This document shows positions 58,401 to 64,000 of a stretch of 64,000 nucleotides of DNA, piece after piece. Origin of the DNA: Actinomycetales bacterium (lineage in GTDB: Bacteria; Actinomycetota; Actinomycetes; Actinomycetales; Dermatophilaceae); contig JBBSTU010000001.1 in the NCBI GenBank assembly GCA_038235595.1, positions 2,947-66,946 of the forward strand, written 5' to 3'. Made by a program: the position numbers and the translations under genes. The notes beneath the pieces were generated by a model, which made no database searches, was not told the origin of the DNA, and saw nothing but the letters and a program-made list of their open reading frames with translations. Numbering within the stretch: position 1 is the first letter of the stretch; every line of letters begins with the position of its first letter.

Positions 58401-59967
58401 GCACCACGACATCTACTCCATCGAAGACCTCGCCCAGCTGATCCACGACCTCAAGAACGCCAACCCGGCTGCTCGCATCCACGTCAAGCTCGTCTCCGAG
58501 GTCGGCGTCGGCACCGTGGCGGCCGGCGTGTCCAAGGCGCACGCCGACGTCGTGCTCATCTCGGGGCACGACGGCGGCACCGGGGCCTCACCGCTGACCT
58601 CGCTCAAGCACGCGGGAGCCCCCTGGGAGCTCGGGCTGGCCGAGGCGCAGCAGACCCTCGTGCTCAACGGTCTGCGCGACCGCATCGTGGTGCAGGTCGA
58701 CGGCCAGCTGAAGACCGGGCGTGACGTCGTCGTGGCCGCCCTGCTCGGCGCCGAGGAGTTCGGCTTCGCCACCGCTCCCCTCGTGGTGTCGGGCTGCATC
58801 ATGATGCGGGTCTGCCACCTCGACACCTGCCCCGTCGGCATCGCCACCCAGAACCCCGAGCTGCGGGCGCGCTTCTCGGGTCGGCCCGAGTTCGTCGAGA
58901 CCTTCTTCGAGTACATCGCCGAGGAGGTTCGTGAGCACCTGGCCGCCATGGGCTTCCGTTCCATCCAGGATGCCGTAGGGCAGGTCGACAGCCTCGACCT
59001 CGAGAAGGCCATTGCGCACTGGAAGGCATCAGGCCTCGACCTGTCGCCGATCCTCACCGTGGCCGACAACCCGACCGGGGGCACGCTCTACCAGTCGACC
59101 GGGCAGGACCACGCGCTCGAGAAGGCTCTCGACAACGAGCTGCTCACCCGTGCGCTGCCGGCCATCGAGAGCGGCGAGCTGGTGCGAACCGAGATCGCGG
59201 TGCGCAACGTCAACCGCACCGTCGGCACCATGCTCGGACACCACGTCACCAAGGCCCACCCCGACGGACTGGCCGACAACACCATCGAGGTGTCGATGAC
59301 GGGCTCCGGTGGTCAGTCGTTCGGCGCCTTCCTGCCCGCCGGTGTCACACTCCGGCTCGAGGGTGACGCCAACGACTACGTCGGCAAGGGCCTGTCCGGC
59401 GGGCGCGTGGTCGTCCGTCCTCACCATCTGGCGCGACTCGTCGCCGAGAAGAACGTCATCGCCGGCAACGTCATCGGCTACGGCGCCACGGCGGGCGAGC
59501 TGTTTCTACGAGGCCTGGTCGGTGAACGGTTCTGCGTGCGCAACTCCGGAGCCAGCGCCGTCGTCGAAGGGGTCGGCGACCACGGCTGCGAGTACATGAC
59601 CGGCGGCACAGCCGTCGTGCTCGGCCCCGTCGGCCGCAACTTCGCGGCCGGGATGTCGGGGGGCGTGGCCTACGTGCTCGACCTACGACCTGAGCGGGTC
59701 AACACCGAGATGGTCGACCTGTCGAGTTTGCGACCCGACGACGAGACCGCCCTGCGGCGGCTGCTTGAGGCGCACGTCAGGTGGACCGACTCAACGGTGG
59801 CCGGCGCCCTGCTGGGTGACTGGGAGTCAGCGCGCGAACGCTTCACGCTCGTGCTGCCTCGCATCTACCAGCGGGTGCTCGACGTGCGTGCCCAGGCAGA
59901 GCAGGAGGGGCTAGACCCCGACGGCACCGTGGTGTGGAACCGGATCATGGAGGCTTCCCGTGGCTGA
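55414..59967 (+). CDS. gltB: glutamate synthase (NADPH) large subunit
   Basis: Ntn-amidotransferase N-terminus ...[11 protein letters not shown], plus FMN/3Fe-4S and GXGXG domains; about 1517 aa. I preferred the ATG at 55414 (SD AAGGA upstream) over the ORF-track start at 55354. Confidence 0.96.
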   Translation: MSPHTRFSAHPENSGLYRREFEHDACGVALIATMRGTAGHDIVDHALTALRNLDHRGATGADPHVGDGAGILTQIPDEFFAANVPFALPNSGAYAAGIAFLPTDPDERAAAKARIEAIAVSENLKVLGWREVPVDGELVGDAARACMPVFEQLFVRSAIGRQVALGLDRLAFCLRKRAEREAEVYFASLSSRTIVYKGMLTTGQLEPFFPDLSDPLYATELALVHSRFSTNTFPSWPLAHPYRLIAHNGEINTVKGNRNWMSARESLITSDIIPGDLERLFPICTPEASDSASFDEVLELLHLGGRSLPHAVLMMIPEAWENHETMDPARRAFYEFHSTFMEPWDGPANVVFTDGTLVGAVLDRNGLRPGRYSVTDDGLVVLASESGVLELDPASVVQRGRLQPGKMFLVDTEHGRIVGDEEIKTQLAAAKPYGDWLHAGLIQLDNLPEREHIVHTASSVVRRQQTFGYTTEDLRILLTPMAKAGAEALGSMGTDTPIAVLSSRPRLLFDYFTQLFAQVTNPPLDAIREELVTSLGTVMGPEGNVLSASPAHARQLVLDFPVLDNDELAKIVHINADGDLPGYATHVVRGLYDVTGGAGAMRTRLDEIFAEVSQAIRRGARFVVLSDRDSGRDLAPIPSLLLTAAVHHHLIREKTRTQVGLLVEAGDVREVHHVALLIGFGAAAVNPYLAMESVEDLVRSGQIEGVPPEKAVANLIKALGKGVLKVMSKMGISTVASYRGAQVFEAIGLSQTLVDTYFTGTVSQLGGVGLDVIARETSERHARAYPPEGVQQPHRVLEVGGEYQWRREGEPHLFDPDTVFRLQHSTRARRYDVFKQYTQRIDDQTSRLMTLRGLMGFKATGVTGRLPVPIDEVEPVSEIVRRFSTGAMSYGSISQEAHETLAVAMNHLGARSNTGEGGEDRDRLLDPERRSAVKQVASGRFGVTSLYLTHSDDIQIKMAQGAKPGEGGQLPGHKVYPWVAKTRHSTPGVGLISPPPHHDIYSIEDLAQLIHDLKNANPAARIHVKLVSEVGVGTVAAGVSKAHADVVLISGHDGGTGASPLTSLKHAGAPWELGLAEAQQTLVLNGLRDRIVVQVDGQLKTGRDVVVAALLGAEEFGFATAPLVVSGCIMMRVCHLDTCPVGIATQNPELRARFSGRPEFVETFFEYIAEEVREHLAAMGFRSIQDAVGQVDSLDLEKAIAHWKASGLDLSPILTVADNPTGGTLYQSTGQDHALEKALDNELLTRALPAIESGELVRTEIAVRNVNRTVGTMLGHHVTKAHPDGLADNTIEVSMTGSGGQSFGAFLPAGVTLRLEGDANDYVGKGLSGGRVVVRPHHLARLVAEKNVIAGNVIGYGATAGELFLRGLVGERFCVRNSGASAVVEGVGDHGCEYMTGGTAVVLGPVGRNFAAGMSGGVAYVLDLRPERVNTEMVDLSSLRPDDETALRRLLEAHVRWTDSTVAGALLGDWESARERFTLVLPRIYQRVLDVRAQAEQEGLDPDGTVVWNRIMEASRG

Positions 59968-61417
59968 TCCCCAAGGCTTTCTCAACACCCGCGAGCGGGA
60001 GCTCCCTGCCCGTAGGCCGGTACCCGTGCGCATCAGGGACTGGAAAGAGGTCTACGAGGAGCAGCAGGTCACCGAGCTGCAGCGTCAGGCGGGTCGCTGC
60101 ATGGACTGCGGCATCCCGTTCTGCCACGCCGGCTGCCCCCTCGGCAACCTCATCCCCGAATGGAACACCCACGCCTGGAAAGGCGACTGGGAGGACGCCA
60201 TTGAGCGGCTGCACGCCACGAACAACTTTCCGGAGTTCACCGGCCGGCTGTGCCCGGCCCCGTGTGAGACCGCGTGCGTGCTCGGCATCAACCAGCCGGC
60301 CGTCACGATCAAGCAGATCGAGGTCACGACCATCGACCGGGCGTTCGCGAACGGCCTCGTCAAACCCCTGCCACCCGAACGGCTCTCGGGCAAGACGGTG
60401 GCCGTGGTCGGGTCGGGTCCGGCCGGTCTGGCCGCGGCTCAGCAGCTGACCCGCGCCGGGCACACCGTCGCCGTCTTCGAGCGGGCCGACCGCCCCGGCG
60501 GCCTGCTGCGGTACGGCATCCCCGAGTTCAAGATGGAAAAGGCCGTGCTCGACCGCCGGCTCGACCAGATGAAGGCGGAGGGCACCCGCTTCCGCACCGG
60601 TGTCAACGTCGGCGCCGACATCACCGGGCGTGCGCTGCGCGACCGCTACGACGCGGTGGTGCTGGCGCTCGGCTCCACCGTGCCGCGCGACCTCGCTGCC
60701 CCCGGTCGTGAGCTGGGCGGCATCCACCAGGCGATGGAGTTTCTGCCGCAGGGCAACCGGGCCGCGCTCGGGCAGCAGGTCGAGAACCAGATTCTCGCCA
60801 CCGGCAAGGACGTCGTCATCATCGGTGGCGGCGACACCGGGGCCGACTGCCTCGGCACCTCACACCGCCAGGGCGCCCGCTCGGTGACCAGCCTCGAGAT
60901 CATGCCGCAGCCGGGGGAGGACCGGCCGGGGAGCCAGCCGTGGCCGACCTACCCCATGCTCTACCGCGTCGCGAGCGCCCACGAGGAGGGCGGCGAGCGG
61001 CTGTACGCCGTCAGCACGACCGAGTTCGTCAGTGACGACGACGGCCACGTCGCCGGGCTGCGCCTCACGGAGATCGAGATGGTCGACGGTCGCCCGCGCG
61101 GCAAGGAAGGCACCGAACGGGTCATCCCGGCCCAGCTCGTACTCTTCGCGATGGGGTTCCTCGGCCCGGAGGGCCCCGGCGTCGTTGAGCAGCTGGGGGT
61201 CGAGCTCGACGAGCGCAGCAACGTGCGGCGCGACCAGAGCTTCATGTCGAGCGTGCCCGGGGTGTTCGTCGCGGGCGACGTCGGCCGCGGGCAGTCGCTG
61301 ATCGTGTGGGCCATCGCCGAGGGCCGGGCTGCTGCTGCCGGGGTTGACGCGTGGCTCACCGGGTCGAGCTCGCTGCCACGGCCGATCGGCCCCACTGACC
61401 GCCCTCTCACGGCCTGA
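59960..61417 (+). CDS. gltD: glutamate synthase (NADPH) small subunit
   Basis: Fe-S cysteines [10 protein letters not shown]...CPLGN...CPAPCE and the Rossmann motif [17 protein letters not shown]. 8-nt overlap with gltB. Confidence 0.95.
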   Translation: MADPQGFLNTRERELPARRPVPVRIRDWKEVYEEQQVTELQRQAGRCMDCGIPFCHAGCPLGNLIPEWNTHAWKGDWEDAIERLHATNNFPEFTGRLCPAPCETACVLGINQPAVTIKQIEVTTIDRAFANGLVKPLPPERLSGKTVAVVGSGPAGLAAAQQLTRAGHTVAVFERADRPGGLLRYGIPEFKMEKAVLDRRLDQMKAEGTRFRTGVNVGADITGRALRDRYDAVVLALGSTVPRDLAAPGRELGGIHQAMEFLPQGNRAALGQQVENQILATGKDVVIIGGGDTGADCLGTSHRQGARSVTSLEIMPQPGEDRPGSQPWPTYPMLYRVASAHEEGGERLYAVSTTEFVSDDDGHVAGLRLTEIEMVDGRPRGKEGTERVIPAQLVLFAMGFLGPEGPGVVEQLGVELDERSNVRRDQSFMSSVPGVFVAGDVGRGQSLIVWAIAEGRAAAAGVDAWLTGSSSLPRPIGPTDRPLTA

Positions 61418-61493
61418 ACCACCCCCGCCCGACGCCCCTCGCGGCGCCGGGGCCGGTGGGTGACCGCCATCACACGAGCCCTAAGGTTGAACC

Positions 61494-62951
61494 ATGCGTC
61501 GAGCCAAGATCGTCTGCACGATCGGACCCCAGACCTCCTCCTACGAACAGCTGAAGGGGTTGGTCGATGCGGGTATGGACGTCGCCCGTCTCAACCTCTC
61601 GCACGGCGAGCACGCCGTTCACGAGCAGGTCTACAACGACGTGCGGCGCGCGAGTGACGAGTCGGGTCGAGCGGTCGGCATCCTCGTCGACCTGCAGGGG
61701 CCGAAGATCCGCACCGCGCGGTTTCGAAACGGCCCGATCACGCTCGCCGCCGGTCAGCGCTTCATCATCACGACCCGCGAGGTCGACGGAGACGAGACGG
61801 AGGTCGGCACCACCTACGCCGGTCTCCCCGGTGACGTGCGCCCCGGTGACGTGTTGCTCATCGACGACGGCAAGGTGATGCTGCGTGCTGTCGACGTCAC
61901 CGAGACCGACGTCGTCACCGAGACCGTCATCGGCGGCGTGGTGTCGAACAACAAGGGCATCAACCTTCCGGGCGTCGCGGTGAGCGTGCCCGCCATGTCC
62001 GAGAAGGACATCGACGACCTGCGTTTCGCCATGAAGCTGGGCGCCGACATGATCGCGCTGTCGTTCGTGCGCAACGCGGCCGACATCGACGACGTGCACG
62101 CGATCATGGACGAGTTCGGCACCCGGGTACCGGTCATCGCCAAGATCGAGAAGCCGCAGGCCGTCGCCAACCTCCTCGAGATCGTGCTGGCCTTCGACGG
62201 CATCATGGTGGCTCGCGGCGACCTGGGGGTCGAGATGCCGCTCGAGGAGGTGCCGCTCGTGCAGAAGCGGGCGATCGAGATGGCCCGCCGCAACGCCAAG
62301 CCGGTCATCGTGGCCACCCAGGTGCTCGAGTCGATGATCGAGAACGCGCGGCCCACCCGCGCCGAGGCCTCGGATGCCGCCAACGCCGTTCTCGACGGCG
62401 CCGACGCGCTGATGCTCTCAGGAGAGACATCCGTGGGGGCCTGGCCGATCCAGACGGTGCAGACCATGGCTCGCATCATCGAGAGCACCGAGGAGCACGG
62501 CTACGACCTGATTGCCCGCCTCACCGCCAAGCCCTCCACGGTCGGCGGCGCGGTCACCAAGGCCGCGGTCGAGGTCGGCGAGACCATCGGGGCCAAGTTC
62601 CTCATCGTCTTCAGCGAGACCGGCGACTCGGCGCAGCGGATGGCGCGCGTGCGGCCGCGGCTGCCTATGCTCGTCTTCACCTCCGACCCGCGCACCCGGT
62701 CACGTCTTGCCCTCGTCTGGGGCCTTGAGACCTTCCTCGTGCCGCGCATGCACCACACCGACCAGTTCGCCATTCAGGTCGACGTGAAGCTGCTGCCCGA
62801 GGGCCGCGTCGTGGAAGGCGACCTCGTCATGATCGTCGCGGGTTCGCCCCCTGGGCTGCCCGGTTCGACGAACGCTTTGCGCGTGCACCGCATGGGCGAT
62901 GCCGTGAACCGGGCGGCGCCGGCCTACCGTCCCGAAGAGGTCACCGGCTGA
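61494..62951 (+). CDS. pyk: pyruvate kinase
   Basis: MRRAKIVCTIGP, RLNLSHG, MVARGDLGVE and SGETSVG. Confidence 0.96.
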   Translation: MRRAKIVCTIGPQTSSYEQLKGLVDAGMDVARLNLSHGEHAVHEQVYNDVRRASDESGRAVGILVDLQGPKIRTARFRNGPITLAAGQRFIITTREVDGDETEVGTTYAGLPGDVRPGDVLLIDDGKVMLRAVDVTETDVVTETVIGGVVSNNKGINLPGVAVSVPAMSEKDIDDLRFAMKLGADMIALSFVRNAADIDDVHAIMDEFGTRVPVIAKIEKPQAVANLLEIVLAFDGIMVARGDLGVEMPLEEVPLVQKRAIEMARRNAKPVIVATQVLESMIENARPTRAEASDAANAVLDGADALMLSGETSVGAWPIQTVQTMARIIESTEEHGYDLIARLTAKPSTVGGAVTKAAVEVGETIGAKFLIVFSETGDSAQRMARVRPRLPMLVFTSDPRTRSRLALVWGLETFLVPRMHHTDQFAIQVDVKLLPEGRVVEGDLVMIVAGSPPGLPGSTNALRVHRMGDAVNRAAPAYRPEEVTG

Positions 62952-63040
62952 GCCGTTGACAGGGCTGCGTCAGGAGCGGCCGAACGTCGTTACCGTCGAC
63001 GAGTGGTGAGGCGCGTTCTGAGCTGTCGGGCTCGGGTGGG

Positions 63041-63046
63041 TATGCT
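63041..63046 (+). promoter_or_regulatory. candidate -10 hexamer TATGCT for tRNA-Leu
   Basis: It lies 14 nt upstream of the mature tRNA 5' end. Confidence 0.25.
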
Positions 63047-63060
63047 GGCGCGGCACTCCT

Positions 63061-63143
<83 letters not shown>

Positions 63144-63194
63144 CCGATCGTCCGCCCGGTGACGAGCCCGAAAGGTGCCGGAAACGGCGACCCC

Positions 63195-63200
63195 TATAGT
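63195..63200 (+). promoter_or_regulatory. candidate -10 hexamer TATAGT 8 nt upstream of the response-regulator GTG (leaderless)
   Basis: CCCCTATAGTCTTGCTCCGTG. There is no SD. Confidence 0.35.
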
Positions 63201-63208
63201 CTTGCTCC

Positions 63209-63877
63209 GTGAGCACCGACGAGACGACAACGGCATCGACGCCTCCCGCCGACACCACTGACAGCACGCGCGCCGCTGCCGAGGTCGAAGCACCCGCGCC
63301 GGGGGCAACGCGCATCCTCGTCGCTGAGGACGAGACGTTGATCCGTCTCGACCTGGTCGAGATGCTCGGCGAGCTCGGCTACGACGTCGTCGGGCAGGCG
63401 AGCAACGGTGAGCAGGCGGTGGCTCTGGCCAAGCAGCTGAAGCCCGACCTCGTCATCATGGACGTCAAGATGCCCATTCTCGACGGGATCTCGGCTGCAG
63501 AGCAGCTGCACGAGACCAAGCAGTGCCCCGTCATCATGCTGACCGCCTTCTCACAGACCGAGCTCGTCGAGCGCGCCCGTGACGCCGGCGTCATGGCCTA
63601 CGTCGTCAAACCCTTCACCGCCGACGACCTGCGACCGGCCATCGACATCGCCCACTCGCGCTGGCAGGAGCTCAAGGCCCTCGAGTCTGAGATCGCCGAC
63701 CTGGGCGAACGACTCGAGACGCGCAAGCTCGTCGACCGCGCCAAGGGCGTGCTGATGAGCCAGCTGAAGCTCAACGAGGCTGACGCGTTCCGCTGGATCC
63801 AGAAGACCGCGATGGATCGCCGCCTCGGCATGAAAGAGGTGGCCGAGGCCGTCATCAACGGTCTGCCCGCCCGCTGA
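63209..63877 (+). CDS. pdtaR: response regulator with REC and ANTAR RNA-binding output domains (PdtaR-like)
   Basis: The REC domain reads RILVAEDETLIRLDLVEMLGELGYDVV...DLVIMDVKMPILDG. The ANTAR domain reads LETRKLVDRAKGVLMSQLKLNEADAFRWIQKTAMDRRLGMKEVAEAVI. Synteny near pyk matches mycobacteria. Confidence 0.85.
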   Translation: MSTDETTTASTPPADTTDSTRAAAEVEAPAPGATRILVAEDETLIRLDLVEMLGELGYDVVGQASNGEQAVALAKQLKPDLVIMDVKMPILDGISAAEQLHETKQCPVIMLTAFSQTELVERARDAGVMAYVVKPFTADDLRPAIDIAHSRWQELKALESEIADLGERLETRKLVDRAKGVLMSQLKLNEADAFRWIQKTAMDRRLGMKEVAEAVINGLPAR

Positions 63878-64000
63878 GGGCGCAACCGGTCCTCGCTGAA
63901 CCTCTGCTTGGTGTCGCGTATGCGGCCCTTGATACGTCGTTCTGGTAAGAACTAGGTCACGACACGGTCACCGACGCAGTTTTTGCTGTTGTGCGGGCCT

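Noticed and set aside
62956-62961. TTGACA hexamer just after the pyk stop as a promoter -35 element.
   Set aside because: No TAnnnT-like -10 lies 16-19 nt downstream. The TATGCT at 63041 is a better candidate for tRNA-Leu expression.

Overview
High-GC (about 70% by eye, not computed) actinobacterial chromosomal core region, most likely order Micrococcales or a close relative; the species cannot be determined from sequence alone. Coding is almost gap-free and nearly all on the + strand. Gene order: pyrB(3' part)-pyrC-carA-carB-pyrK-pyrD, pyrF | NCS1 permease-hydantoinase-GntR island | mihF-gmk-rpoZ-coaBC-metK-priA | (-) 1372-aa DabB::DabA fusion, then divergent wHTH regulator + DUF429, a saccharopine-dehydrogenase-like reductase and ArsR-MFS | def-fmt-rsmB, (-) dienelactone hydrolase, rpe | FMN riboswitch-PnuC-like transporter-ribD-ribE-ribBA-ribH | hisE-hisG-PH-domain protein-flavin reductase | (-) P-loop kinase-MFS | hisF | (-) DinB/TIGR03085-like, GNAT, heterodimeric ABC exporter | hisI-trpE-membrane protein-HGxxPAAW-trpC-trpB-trpA-lgt | gltB-gltD | pyk | tRNA-Leu(CAA) | ANTAR response regulator. 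I saw no rRNA, CRISPR array, transposase, integrase or phage genes. Five things stand out. (1) One continuous ORF fuses a NuoL/Mrp-like proton-conducting membrane module to a DUF2309/DabA-like module that keeps the Cys/Asp/His/Cys ligand pattern; this is a candidate one-polypeptide inorganic-carbon pump, with a compact divergent control region. (2) A roughly 75-bp structured intergenic repeat occurs three times, and two inverted copies bracket hisI. (3) A 74-bp hairpin is built from four GATCAGTCTGC units. (4) A duplicated 34-bp GC-palindromic module lies just upstream of the FMN-riboswitch promoter. (5) A hydantoin-type permease/hydantoinase/GntR module is wedged into the conserved pyrF-mihF junction. 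Many genes appear leaderless, with a TAnnnT hexamer 5-8 nt before the start codon. All functional calls rest on motif recognition and synteny from memory; no database search was possible.
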